A DNA stretch of 51,645 nt, filler included, from Ionaspis alba (lineage: Eukaryota): NCBI GenBank assembly GCA_964255285.1. It is 2 parts of 2 records of this genome, joined end to end, with 100 filler letters (N's around TTAATTAATTAA, not from the genome) between each part and the next. Parts side by side here need not be neighbours in the genome. Positions count along the whole stretch, not along the records: positions 1 to 25,790 come from CAXUUL010000154.1; 1 more part is not named here. The stretch is one strand, 5' to 3'. The notes below the pieces were generated by a model. That model did not search any database, was not told the origin of the DNA, and saw only the letters and a program-made list of their open reading frames with translations. Of the stretch, positions 13,675 to 25,890 are shown in pieces (within the stretch, counting starts at the first letter, position 1; each line of letters begins with the position of its first letter). The translations under genes and the position numbers were made by a program.

Positions 13675-16600
13675 ATGTCTGATGCGCGTGACTATCTACT
13701 CACAGTAGATAGAGACAAGACAGCGGCTCTCCGGATCGCGGAGAGCACAGCAGCCAGTGAGCAATCCTCTGGCGGCTAAAGACAAATTATTGTTTTAATG
13801 ATTTCATAGAGCTACAGTCGAAAGAGACCACCTTTATCGACGTGGTGCAAACACTCGGGGAATACATCAACGATGAAGATGCCACGATCCGCTCCAAAGC
13901 TGTCAATTACCTTTCCCAAGTCGTCGGAGCACTATCTCCATCCTTCCTCTCCCGTCAACAGATTCAGGTTCTTAGTCAGTTCCTCTGCGAAAGAGTCGAG
14001 GATGGAGGTGCCATCAGTGGCCTCTACAAACTTCAAGCCCTCACAAGATTTAACAAGGAGATGGCCGTGACGACCCTGAGAGCGTGAGTAAGTGGATTAA
14101 AGATGATCATGAAAATGCGAAATTCAACTCCAGATGGGGCTAGCTGCGCCAATGTCTCTCAGAGCTTCTTCAGTCGCAAGCTAATGGTCTCTTAGCACAC
14201 TTGGCCACTTTCAAGACCTTCAGATTCGACCCCAGTCACAGAGGTTGCAGATCTTAGAGCTTCTGAATGGGTTGATGTCTAATCATCGTTCGGCTGTTCT
14301 GAGTCTTGGCAAAGAGTCGCTCGTCGGCATTGTAAATCTTGTTAGTGGAGAAAAGGACCCAAGAAATCTGATGATTATCTTCTCTATTCTTAAGGTTGTC
14401 ATGGTAGAGTGGGACATTGTCGGTCATGCTGAGGTATGTATGGCAACAATGCTCAAAATTCTGTCTACTGATCAAACCCAGACACTCTTTGACTCTGTCT
14501 TCTGCTACTTCCCAATCACATTCCGCCCTCCACCGGACGATCCTTATGGGATCACTGCTCAGGACCTCAAGGCTCGTCTACGGGATTGCATTGCTGCCTC
14601 GCGCTACTTTGCTCCGTATGCTTTTCCTCAGCTGATCGACAAGCTAGATTCGACCTCACCAATTGTGAAGGTGAAATTTGAGTTCTTTTGATCTTCAGCT
14701 TACCTACTAACCCCGGACTAGAAAGATGTGCTTCAGACAATCACTGCTTGTGCAAATGGCTACGACATTACCACGATGTCTAACTATGCCATCACATTAT
14801 GGGACTCGTTGAAGTACGAAATCCTGAATGTACAGGAAGAGGATCTAGCAGACGAAGCCTTGAGAGCTCTCAAGGCTATTGCTGTTCGATTGAGTTACGG
14901 GCTGACCTCAACCGATCCCAAAACGCCGCTTGCCACATATTTGCGGCCCATTACGAAAGAGTGCAATGAACTTCTTCAGGAGCCACAGCACAAGCAGGCA
15001 AAACCTGCAGGACAGATTTTAAGCTCTCTGGGCGCTGCATCGTCCTCGGCATTTTTCTTGGTGGCCGAGGCGGTGATTCCACCATTGCTAACGCACTACC
15101 AAGATGCCGACACTATTCTGAAGAAGAAGGCCCTTCTGGAGGTGCTCCTTCAGCTGCTTGTGTCAGCCGATACCCTGTTTGGGATAATCAATTCGGCTGA
15201 GATATCAGCCGCCGGTGAAAATCCTTTGGATTCATTCAAGGACCGCTTCTTCGAAATGTTCAGTCAAGCGCTGATGGGTACATCTCAAGAGGAAGTATCT
15301 TTCCGCGTTGTTGCCACCAAAGGTCTTCTCTACCTTTGTGCTTTGAAGGGATATTTGCAAGACAACGAGATCGGTATGGTGGTTCAATACTTGGATGAGA
15401 TAGTTCTGGAGGAAGACAACGACAACCGAGAAGAATTGAAGAATGCTGCGATCCAGGGTCTCGTACAGATTTCCAAATCAAAACCTGCCCTGATCATGAA
15501 CATCACATTCCCGGCATTCATGGCAAGGCTTCCAGATTCCAGCCCGGCAGAGAGTCGCGACTACGTCGTAACCCTTGAAGGTCTGGCTCGAATAAGCACT
15601 GAGCGAGGCACGTCAGATACGCTTATCCGAAGGCTTCTAAACAAATTAGATGTTGTTCTTCAGCACGATGGTCCGGCAGCATATCCGCAAGCGATATTAT
15701 CCACTTTGCACTTTGTACTAAATAGTCGTGATCTTTCGTCAGATCCTAATCTTGGCGTTTACCACGAAAGGTGTGTTAAATTGATCATTGAATTGGTCAT
15801 TGCCGCGTCTGGTCAAGTCCCAAGCACTGCTCTCAACGATCTGTCCACCACGCAGCTACTTGGAAGCCTATCGATCTCGATTGTCCGTGCTCTCGATGCC
15901 CATAAGCAGAGATCTGTGGGTCAGCAAATCTATAGCCTCTTCTCTGAAGGAACTGGGTTTGTCCCCGTCCCATTTCGAAGAGATGTAACAGACTCGGAGC
16001 GATATACAATGATTCTATCAACGTGTCTTCTTGCGGGTATTAGTCGAGATGTATGTGGGATTTTTGAATCCGTAATTCTGCTTCACTGACGAATCGACAG
16101 ACTCCTCTTCCGTACACTGGAGATGACATCTTGAGATTGCTCAAAGACGTTGTCCAGCTCTCCATGACCGAAAGGGCTCCATCGCTACGCCATAGTCTTC
16201 TCCAGCAGATCGCACTCTTAGTGAACAAGTTCTTAGCAAACAATCAGGTCCACTTCGCCACAGAGATCTTGTGGGAGCTTTCCAACGCACTCTTGGAAGA
16301 AGCCAACCAATCTGAAAAGTCAGTCCAACCAATTTTCTGGATCGCAAAAGCACTTGTTCTGCGCCTTGCGAGCACGGACGAAGTGCTCAAACGGCTACTT
16401 CACTTGGTCACCAATGCCACTCACGGTACAGCCGCAGCTCGCGGATTCGGAATACTACTTGCTCCGGACGGAATGCTCTCGAAAGAGAACGGTGCTATAA
16501 TCCGCTTGCTGGCTAAGCAGAAGGTCTTCACTATTTGCGTGCCGACTATTGCCCAAGCTTTCCGCGACGCGGATCCGGTGGTGAAGTCAAACTACCTCAT

Positions 16601-17084
16601 CGCACTTTCGGGTATCCTTAGATACGTCTCGACGTCCGTGCTCATGCCTGAAATTGAGACTCTACTACCCTTGCTGCTCCAGAGCTTGGATCTGGATGAT
16701 CAAATCGTAAAAGCTGCTACGATTGAGACTCTGACGGTGGTCAGTCTGGAGAGTCCGGAGGCTGTAGAAGGTCATATTTCAAGTTTGGTCATCAGATTGC
16801 TGAAGGCAGCCGCAGACCCAGGGAAAAACTTCCCCGTACGTGTACTAGCTGATTCCATTAGGCGCTGCTGACGATTAATACAGACGGTACGATATAATGC
16901 ACTTCGATGTCTTAAAGGATTTCCGGGTAAAGTCAAAGAAAGCACGCTCTTGCCATATCGCGGAGCTGTGGCACGTGGGATTATAACTGTGCTTGATGAC
17001 CCCAAGAGGCATGTGAGAAAAGAAGCTGTCGATTGTAGAGCAGCATGGTTGAATCTGGATGAGCTAGACGAGAATGGTCGATGA
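13675..17084 (+). CDS. MET18: MMS19/MET18 HEAT-repeat cytosolic Fe-S assembly targeting factor, multi-exon
   Basis: LGEYINDEDATIRSKAV; GEKDPRNLMIIFSI; LFDSVFCYFPITFRPPPDDPYGIT; C-terminal LDDPKRHVRKEAVDCRAAW. Confidence 0.92.
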
Positions 17085-17172
17085 GTTACTTATAGCCAAC
17101 CTGGCTCGATAGGTAAAGCCCATAATATCACAATAACAAACCTCACAAAGTCTACCAGCCGAACAAGGCATT

Positions 17173-18830
17173 CTACACTCCTTTTTTCTTTTCAGCATCG
17201 ACGGTGATACTATGCATTCGCTTAAGCTTCCAGCCTTGCCAACAGCCCCATATGCCCAGAGTGAGCAGTGTTAAAGGTATCACGACCGCAACATATACCC
17301 GCCACGCCGCATCCGCGTCCAAAGTGAACAAGTTTGCGCTGAACAAAGTGCTAACGAACGTTGCTGGCAGAAATGCCATAGTTAGGACAGCGATAGTCTT
17401 CATAGCTGCGCTATCCGCACGAGTATCAGCGGCTATGGCAGCCGACAGACGTGTTATCCGAGCAGAATCAGCAGCCATCTCTAGCGATGTTGTTGAGTCG
17501 CGATTGGCCATTAGATTGTATAGCTACTAAAAAGTCAGGTTGCATGGAGCGGTAATTTTCGAGCACGATGAAATTTTGTTGGGAGATTTGTCACTCTGGC
17601 TAGGAAGCTCACCAGATTGATCAGGTTCTGAACTCTCTGCTGTCGGTTTCTCAACGCACGAGCACGATCGTTGCAGAAGTCTTGGAAGCAATAGAAGCCG
17701 TCTCTGATGCGCTCGTGTTCAAATGAATCAATCTGCAAGTACCCTTTATTGCCTTTTGTGATTCGAATCAGGCGATCTAGTTCTCGAACGAGATTCGATG
17801 CCGCAGCCATGTTTCGGCTATTATAAAAGTCATGGATAATGATCCAGCGGTGAAAATTGTGCAGGCTCTGTAGTTCCTTCTTGATCACATGCGGGCCCGA
17901 CATGCCGATGGAATTGTCGAAGAGTAGGGACTCTTCAACTGGAAGCACACTTTTGAAGATTCGCTCGATTTGCGAGGACCGGCCTCTAGCCGCCGCTTCC
18001 AAGAGACTAAGATGGATAGCGAATGGATGTATGTCGGTCGTGGAGGATGCGAATCTATTGATGCTGGTGGTTTTATCTCCTGCCATGTCGTTGGAATCTT
18101 CGATCAGGAAGACCGATTTGCCAGTCGAGAGATCGTACCGAAAGTAGATGGGCTGGTTGAGCTGATGTAGTATGACATGGTCGCCTGATACTGTGCCTTC
18201 ACTGTGGCTATTGTCCACGTATTGGGTGACTTCGAGCAAATTATAGCAGATTTCTGTGGCGAGGAGGTCAGGGTGACGGCAAACACAAACACGAGATATA
18301 GTTAAGTCATACCGATGATTGGATTGGTGCAATCTTTCCTGATAGTACTGAAGAAACAGCCGTCTAGCGTCTCTGTGACTAGCTGGTGTCCTCTGATTCG
18401 AGCGAAAGGAAGGGGATATGGGGAATCTATTTTCCAACAGGGGTGCAATCTACTGTATGGTCCGTCATCGTCAATGAGCATTAGAAACATCGATTATATA
18501 GTGAGCTCACCAGATCAGGATACGAGGCCTTGGTCTATTCCCAGAAGCAGTAATATACTGATGCACCTTAGCCTCAATGTCGTCCTCAACTTGTGAAAAG
18601 AAATGTAAGCTTTGGTGGATCAAGAAACAAGTAGGTCACAATATCTCTATACCATGCTCATCTATGATTTCTATCGTAGGCTCTGCTCTTGGATCTGATG
18701 TATAACCAGTAGAGGCTTCGCATATAAGAGATAGCAGGTCCTCCTGGCTAGCCGTCCCTGAAGGTGGGCTTCTGAAGATGCCATGCTCAGGATCTAGGAA
18801 AGAAAACACAGATTGACCAACACCTGTCAT
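17173..18830 (-). CDS. Fungal protein with C-terminal CorA-like two-TM domain, probably 5 exons
   Basis: C-terminal DSAAMKTIAVLTMAFLPATFVSTLFS...WRVYVAVVIPLTLLTLGIW after a helical/coiled region (RQQRVQNLINL|LYNLMANRD); GT-AG introns join the ORF pieces in frame. Confidence 0.7.
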
Positions 18831-19385
18831 TCTCGATAGTGCAAAGAGCAAGACATAACAGAAATGCGATCAGATTTTGGGGAATCATGCTCCTTTATAT
18901 TTTGCAGGCAAGGCTGAGGCTGAATCTGCTCGTCAGTAGGCAGGCTCGAGCTTTCCTTTTTGGGGCAGTACATGTAAGGCGCATCCCAGACATTTGGCGA
19001 GATTGGCTATCAGCAAGTCCCAGAAGTCGAGATCAGTGCTGATCGTTGGTAGACCATGCCTATCGCTCGTATCCTAGGCAGCCTTTCTATCTCCTTTAGG
19101 GGCAACGAGGTCGGCTCACTATGGGGAACATAGTGGAAGTTCTGCCACTCTATAGGGCTGGATCTGCAAAGGCGTCATGAGCAATTTTCCGCCCCTCCAT
19201 CACCAATTCTGGTATTTTCTAAATACAAACCAAAACTGATTCACACTACTACCTTCTTGACATTCTATTACGAGCGCATCACCATAACTCCGTAAACAAA
19301 TCTCTCACTCATAGCATATATCACATTCACGCTCACTGCTCTTTGAGCGGCCTTCTTTTCTGCAATATCCACAACGCTGGTCAAC

Positions 19386-20339
19386 ATGACTACGATCAAG
19401 GAGATCACCACCGACACTGACTTCCAAACTCACACCTCCACTCTCTCTTCCCAAACCCTACTATGCATTGCCTTCCATACCCCTTGGGCAGCTCCCTGCG
19501 CCCAAATGACTTCTATTCTCACCGCCCTTGCAGCCAACTACCCTGCAGCGGACCCCCGAACTGTCTCCTTCATCTCCCTCAACGCTGAATCCCTCCCCGA
19601 CATCTCCGAATCCTACGACGTCACCGCCGTTCCATTCCTTGTCCTACAGCGCGACGGTAAAATTCTTGAGAGTGTCTCGGGATCCGATGCAAGCAAGATC
19701 AGGGGCGCCGTGGAGAGATGGGTAGGGAAACCGGGCGGAGAGGGGAACAAGACGGCGTTGCCGGAGGCGTTGACCGCGACACCAAGGGTGGTGCCCCATG
19801 AGCCCCAGGCTACGACCAACGGCTCGAGTGGAACTAAGGATCTTTCGAACTATGCGCCCAGATCCTCGGATCCGGCGACTGCGCCGGCAATGTCGAGCAC
19901 TCAGACCTCTACCGAAGAACTCAATGCCCGGCTTGCGGAGCTCGTGAAAGCTGCGCCTGTCATGCTTTTTATGAAAGGGACGCCTAGTGCGCCGCAGTGT
20001 GGATTCAGTCGGCAGCTGGTGGGTCTTTTGAGGGAGCAGGGCGTACGATATGGGTTTTTCAATATTCTGGCGGATGAGGACGTGCGGCAGGGCTTGAAAG
20101 TCTGGGCAGATTGGCCCACGTTTCCTCAGTTGTGGGTTGGTGGCGAGTTGGTTGGTGGATTAGACATCGTGAGTCCTTTTGATACTTCGCTTTGCAGTAT
20201 GCAATGGCTCAATACAATACAGGTCAAGGAGGAACTAGAGAGTGATCCGGAGTTCTTCAAGGACTATGCTGTGGCGAAGGGAAAGGGAGGAATGGCAGCG
20301 CCGGATTCCCAGCCCCGGCCTGAGACGACTACTGCGTAA
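19386..20339 (+). CDS. GRX4: Monothiol glutaredoxin with N-terminal thioredoxin domain (Grx3/4, GrxD type); in-frame intron 20169-20222
   Basis: WAAPC Trx-like motif; LFMKGTPSAPQCGFS; WPTFPQLW; GGLDI. Confidence 0.93.
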   Translation: MTTIKEITTDTDFQTHTSTLSSQTLLCIAFHTPWAAPCAQMTSILTALAANYPAADPRTVSFISLNAESLPDISESYDVTAVPFLVLQRDGKILESVSGSDASKIRGAVERWVGKPGGEGNKTALPEALTATPRVVPHEPQATTNGSSGTKDLSNYAPRSSDPATAPAMSSTQTSTEELNARLAELVKAAPVMLFMKGTPSAPQCGFSRQLVGLLREQGVRYGFFNILADEDVRQGLKVWADWPTFPQLWVGGELVGGLDIVSPFDTSLCSMQWLNTIQVKEELESDPEFFKDYAVAKGKGGMAAPDSQPRPETTTA

Positions 20340-20795
20340 TTGGAAACTTGGAAGGGATGAGAGCGGAGTATTGGAATATGATGCCAGAGCCACATAGAGC
20401 TGGACATACCATGGAGTTTAGACAACATTGCACATGAACGATGATTCCTTAATTTGCAACTAGGTGTAAATACGAATAGATGGTTGCGTTGATCAACCAG
20501 GACAACCTCTGTAGTTACCTTCTAACACTTTTGGCTACCTCGTCCGCCAGGAAGCACTAACTTGCTAGATCTAAAAGCTGTTCCTGGGGGAAATCTTACA
20601 GGCATAAGCCTTGAGGCACGATAATACTGCTAGGAAAGCCTCGAGATCCTAGTAACCATGTATACAGGTTATGTACAGGGCTAGAAGACAAGATCGTCCT
20701 AAGAAATTTTGGTGCCAGAGCCATACCATAACTATGTACATTCTGAGAGAGCCTTGCAGACACAAAATTCTCTCGCTGAACGACGAGGATTGATT

Positions 20796-22226
20796 TTAGA
20801 CTTTCGGTCTTCCGACTTCCTCATTTAGGACCCTCAAGCGGCTCTTGAAAGGGTCCTTGTCGACGTACGCTCCACGAAGCCACCGTTCTCCAGCTTCGCC
20901 GTCGAATGCTTTCCGTGCGTGGAGGATCCTTCGATTGTCAAAAATCACACAGGTACCCTCCTTCATCTTGGTCTCGTAGATAGCATCTTCGGCCTCAATC
21001 AGGTCCTTGAAAAGTTTGGCAGAACGGATGTAGCTTCGTAATGTGGACGTCCTAAAGCCTGGAGCGTAAGGCTTGTCCAAGTCATCCTCAAATGGTCCTT
21101 GGAAAGGAGGACTCCAGTTAATCGCAGCTTCGCCGTACCTGCGCAAACCTTTTATACAGAGAAAAGCCAACTTAGGACGTGTATTGTTCGCTAGTTCGAA
21201 GGAATCACCCTCGATCGTTGGTCGCGTTTGTTGGTACCAGTGACCATCGTTCTTGTATCGATAGGTCACTGGATATAGAAGCAATGGGCGAAGCTGTTCA
21301 CCGTCCATCTTCGATATGGCCCTAAACCCATCACTGAAGAGGCTTTCACCTCCTTCGCGACTGGCCTTGATAGAGTGAAGGATCTGTAGACCAGGAGGAC
21401 TGGCCATGTAAAGTAGATCCATGTGAAACCCCAAATCTTGAGAAGTATACGCCACGTTTTTGGCGGATGGAACTGATCGAACGTCCCACGTTGAGCCGTA
21501 GAACGTGTTCCTTAGGGGGCCAATCCTATTGGCAATCTTCTCAATCGTGGATGGATCGGAAGGTACAGACTTCAAGAACACGATCCCATGTTTCTCGAGC
21601 TCGTTCAAAGCGTTGTGAAGACCTTCTTTTGTGTTGAGGTAGTCCTCGTATTGAACTTCTATCCTTTTCGATATCATACGTTCGCGGCCCCAAAGAACTT
21701 TCTCGGGTAGTATAGATTCAGCCTCGAACCGTATGCGAGCATTATAACTCTTCCGGAGGGACTCTAGAGAGAAGGTGCTACTGTGATTGTCGAAGCCTGG
21801 AATGTCGTTAGACCAGGTCACCTCAACGTTGTCATCTGGCACAACCCGCAGCTCTTGAACCCTCAATTCTCGTGGAATAGCCGCCGTCTCGAACAGCTTC
21901 TGACTCGTGGACGGGTCGACACATCGTGGACACGTACATATGTCACGCAGAAATACCAGATCGAACCTCCTGGCTTGGTTATCAGCACCCCCGAGGTTGA
22001 TAGGAATGCCATCATTCTGTCTCAACCACGGACGTGACGTGCCAGCTTCTGCCGCTTCTCCTTCTCCAGAAGGAGTTTCCGATATCCGTGTGCTTGGCCG
22101 TGACTGACATGTGCTTACCCTCGAGTTCGAGGAAAATTGCGCAGGTTTGGGTATGCGTACATAGCGTGGTAAACCAGATATACTGTTGTATAACCGCATA
22201 CAGAGTATGAATGCTTGTCGGTTCAT
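20796..22226 (-). CDS. Gamma-butyrobetaine/trimethyllysine-type Fe(II)/2-oxoglutarate dioxygenase (TauD family, Aim17-like), probably mitochondrial; start uncertain
   Basis: N-terminal Zn motif LRDICTCPRC; NVAYT...FHMDLLY (HxD); FDNRRILHAR; RWLRGAY; basic, Ser-rich N-terminus. Confidence 0.88.
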   Translation of the reverse strand: MNRQAFILCMRLYNSISGLPRYVRIPKPAQFSSNSRVSTCQSRPSTRISETPSGEGEAAEAGTSRPWLRQNDGIPINLGGADNQARRFDLVFLRDICTCPRCVDPSTSQKLFETAAIPRELRVQELRVVPDDNVEVTWSNDIPGFDNHSSTFSLESLRKSYNARIRFEAESILPEKVLWGRERMISKRIEVQYEDYLNTKEGLHNALNELEKHGIVFLKSVPSDPSTIEKIANRIGPLRNTFYGSTWDVRSVPSAKNVAYTSQDLGFHMDLLYMASPPGLQILHSIKASREGGESLFSDGFRAISKMDGEQLRPLLLYPVTYRYKNDGHWYQQTRPTIEGDSFELANNTRPKLAFLCIKGLRRYGEAAINWSPPFQGPFEDDLDKPYAPGFRTSTLRSYIRSAKLFKDLIEAEDAIYETKMKEGTCVIFDNRRILHARKAFDGEAGERWLRGAYVDKDPFKSRLRVLNEEVGRPKV

Positions 22227-22765
22227 CTTCGAGTAGTACCACCACCATGAGAAGGCAGCTCTCGCAAGGAGCTTGAACAATGTATGACAGGGTGGAGCAA
22301 GAGAATCCTTTGAAGCTCTATTTGTCCACGCACGGGTTAATGATGGGACTCAATGATACAGATCAACAGAAGAGCGCGTTTCGAAGGTAACAGAAAGCCG
22401 GAATCTTGAAAATTGCAATACTAAATGTTCTTCCTTGAGGAAATGCTTCTCTAACCCATATCCCTCTCCCTTACATTATGCATGTTAGATCGAGTACTGA
22501 ACACAATCCTTACTGTGACAACTGAAATGGAGAACATAGACTTCATTGCCACAAGTGGGTTGAATATTGGTTGACTGCATATTCGGCACACATCACGGCT
22601 CGGCCGGTAGATCCACTCTTGCCAAGAAATGAAGTGCAAATGGTGCAAATACAGCATCGAGTGCAATCCACTGATCAGTAGCTCCGCTTAATCAACAACT
22701 TTCTCATGTGATACTCGTTGTGCTATCAGGATAATAATTGGGGCTTGGCAAGGTCTTTCTGATGA

Positions 22766-23868
22766 ATGTCGGGAGGCGGTCAGCACCTCAAAGATGAGGT
22801 ATGATCGAAAGTGAGCTTCAGCTGGATATTGATCTTACACAAAGTGCAGGGCTCCAGACAGCAAGTCGTAATAGCTGGAGCCACAGCCGGACTTGTCTCC
22901 AGGTCTGTTTGCATGCCGGACTTTGACAATGATGTTTCTGAGCTTGCCTAGGTTCTGCATAGCTCCTTTGGACGTAGTCAAGATCCGACTGCAGCTTCAA
23001 ACACAAGCACTTCCCAATTCTCTCATTGGATCCAATGGCGCCCTTTCCATTTGCAAAATCATACTCCAGGATGAAGGTGTCCGAGTTTGTCACCTCTTTC
23101 CCTTGGCCTTCCGAAGCCTCTTGCTACCACAAACAACACTGACATTTGTTCTTCCCACCATAGGGGTTCTGGCGTGGCAACCTCCCCGCAGAGCTCCTCT
23201 ACATAACCTATGGCTCCCTCCAATTCAGTGCCTACCGCCTCACATCCACAGCTCTGGACCCTATCCCTCTTCCCGCTCCTGTCTCTAGCTTTGTCTCGGG
23301 CGCTCTCGCTGGAGCAGCCGCAACCACCCTTACGTACCCGCTCGACCTACTTCGCACCCGCTTTGCCGCCCAAGGTCCTGACAGAGTGTATGCCAGCCTC
23401 GTCGGCAGTCTACGCGATATAGCCCGCACCGAAGGCCTTGCTGGATTCTTCCAGGGTCTAGGTGCTGGCGTTGGGCAGATTGTGCCTTATATGGGGTTGT
23501 TCTTCAGCACTTATGAGATCCTTCGACCACCACTGGCATCGCTCGAACTGCCTTTTGGCTCCGGAGATGCGACGGCTGGCGTTCTGGCTAGCATACTTGC
23601 GAAGACGGGAGTCTTTCCACTGGATCTGATACGCAAGCGATTGCAGATTCAAGGACCGACCAGGGAGAGGTTCGCAGGCGGAATGGTGCCGGCCTATGGT
23701 AAAGGCGTTTGGAACACTGGGAAAGAGGTGGTGGCAAAGGAGGGCTGGAAAGGTCTATATAGAGGGCTAGGAGTGGGCTTGGTCAAGGCGGCACCGGCAA
23801 GCGCAATTACGATGTGGACTTATGAACGAACATTGATGGAGTTGCGAGCATGGGACATTGGAGAATGA
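22766..23868 (+). CDS. TPC1: Mitochondrial thiamine pyrophosphate carrier, 4 exons
   Basis: [45 protein letters not shown]; carrier motifs [13 protein letters not shown] and [11 protein letters not shown]. Confidence 0.88.
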
Positions 23869-24299
23869 ACAGACGGCACAGGGTATGATGCTAGTGGTTA
23901 CCGTTGCCTTCGCGGGACTTATCAGCTTGTTCGTAACGCTACATTTTCAACGCGACTACTTGACCGCTTGCTTTGGTCCATTAGCATCAGATGTCACTCC
24001 TGAGATACTCGTGGTTTTCCAAACCCATGTTAAACCTGCTGAAGTCAATAACAGAAGCGAGGAGTTTTTCTCCTTTGGGATATGGAAGGTATAATCGCGC
24101 GAAAGGCATCCAAGGCCTAATTATAGAGTCGCGGAGATTCGGGATTATCATTGACCGGGACGGCGGACAAGAGAGGGACAACGACGGAGTTAAGGTGTCA
24201 CGAACCCCGGACTTCACGGCGATGAGATAGGTATCTAGAGTATATCTAGAGCTTCAAGTCTAGCAAGTATCATGCATTGAATTGATTAACACATCCAAG

Positions 24300-25370
24300 A
24301 TGGCTTCAAGTGATCATGTCAAAAATATTGCAGTTGTTGGAGTGAGTAGTCTCAGTACGACATTCTTCCATTTGATGAACGAGAAGCTAATCTACATCGA
24401 GGCAAGCGGCTTGGTAGGAAGTGAGATCGTCAAGAGCTTGGTGGAAGCGGGCATTTTCAACGTGACTGCTCTTTCCCGTCAAGACTCCTCCGCTAGCTTT
24501 GCACCCGAAGTCACAGTCAAAAGGGGCGATTATGGTTCCTCTGAATTTCTGGAATCGGCGTTGCAAGGCCAAGATGTGCTGATCATCACCTTGGCCGTGA
24601 CAACGTCTCCGCAGGTTCAGTCGGATCTCATCAAAGCGGCCGCCAAAGCTGGTGTCCCATGGATCCTGCCCAATGAGTATGGCCAGGACGGAGACAACCC
24701 AGAGCTCGCAAAGGCGGTCGCAATCCTTGCAGGTAAGGGGAAGTATCGAAAGGAGATTGAAGAGCTTGGGCGCAGCAGCTGGATCGGTATTGCCAGTAAC
24801 CTCTGGTTTGATTATGTATGAAGACCTCCGCTGCTAGTCCAACCACTTCGTGCTTCAGCTAATGATACTCCCACATAGAGTCTGAAAGGCAAATGGTACG
24901 GCATCGATATCCTAGGCCGTAAAGCAGAACTCTACGATGATGGCGCTACGGCCATTACCACGTCCACTGTCCCCCAAGTTGGGCGTGCTGTCGCTCGACT
25001 GCTAAGTCTACCAGTGCATGCCTCTTCTTCACCATCCCTCACGGACTATAAATACAAGTTTGTCTACTTTAACTCGTTTTCAGTCAGCCAGAACGACATG
25101 TTAGCGGCTGTACAGCGCGCGACCAATACAGAAGCAGACGCCTGGAACGTCACATATAAGCCCGTGGACCAATTCATCCAGGAGGGAAAAGAGAAGCTCG
25201 CCAAGGGAGACAGGATGGGCATGATAGGTATCTTGTACGGGGCCACATTCAAAAAGGGCCTTGGAGATCAGTTTCATGGGCGAGAGGTAGCGAATGCGAA
25301 ATTGGGTCTGAAGGTGGAAGACTTGAATGAGGTTGTGCTGAGGGTGGTGAAGGAAGTAGAGGCAAAGTAG
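24300..25370 (+). CDS. NmrA/isoflavone-reductase-like NAD(P)-binding oxidoreductase (CipA-like), 3 exons
   Basis: KNIAVVG|ASGLVGSEIV Rossmann motif; AAAKAGVPWILPNEYG; STVPQVGRAVARLL. Confidence 0.85.
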
Positions 25371-25710
25371 AGTGGTCTCGTACGGCATCCTGTCTCCTGT
25401 TTCTTGCTTCTTCTCGTGTGTAGTAACAGGTAGTCACAAAAGATGCGCAAATGTCACGCCTCAATTTCTCGTTTGAGATGAATTATGACCAGAACACAAA
25501 ACAGTCACGAAATTAGAGCAAGATAGGTATTGTGAACTCGAACTGCGAACTTTCTTCAACCGATGTCCTAATATCGTTCACCGTAATAAGTACTCGACCC
25601 AAAAATCATTATTTCAAAACCCGAATGCCGAACAGGACACAGAATCAAAACATCCATTTCACGATCATGTCGGGTACCAGTCCCAATACTGACAGCCAAC
25701 ACCGAACAAG

Positions 25711-25790
25711 CTATTCCTTCTTGCCTCTCGCCAATGATTCCTGCTCTTGGCGGGCGATCATTAGGCGTTTCTTGTTCTGCTGCTCCAATA
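25711..25790 (-). CDS. 3' end of a gene truncated by the scaffold end; carries a Som1-like LEQQNKKRL motif
   Basis: Minus strand reads LEQQNKKRLMIARQEQESLARGKKE-TAG starting at the N run. Confidence 0.65.
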
Positions 25791-25890
25791 NNNNNNNNNN
25801 NNNNNNNNNNNNNNNNNNNNNNNNNNNNNNNNNNTTAATTAATTAANNNNNNNNNNNNNNNNNNNNNNNNNNNNNNNNNNNNNNNNNNNN
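25791..25890. other. Artificial scaffold-concatenation linker N44-TTAATTAATTAA-N44
   Basis: 12-mer at 25835-25846 gives stops in all six frames and sits centred in an exact 100-nt spacer. Confidence 0.92.

Noticed and set aside
18312..18437. 5' part of the 300-aa ORF 17535-18437 as real coding sequence
   Set aside because: Splice phases favour another frame here plus an intron at about 18252-18311
23858..24094. Small hydrophobic ORF downstream of TPC1
   Set aside because: Overlaps the TPC1 stop and 3' UTR; no recognisable homology
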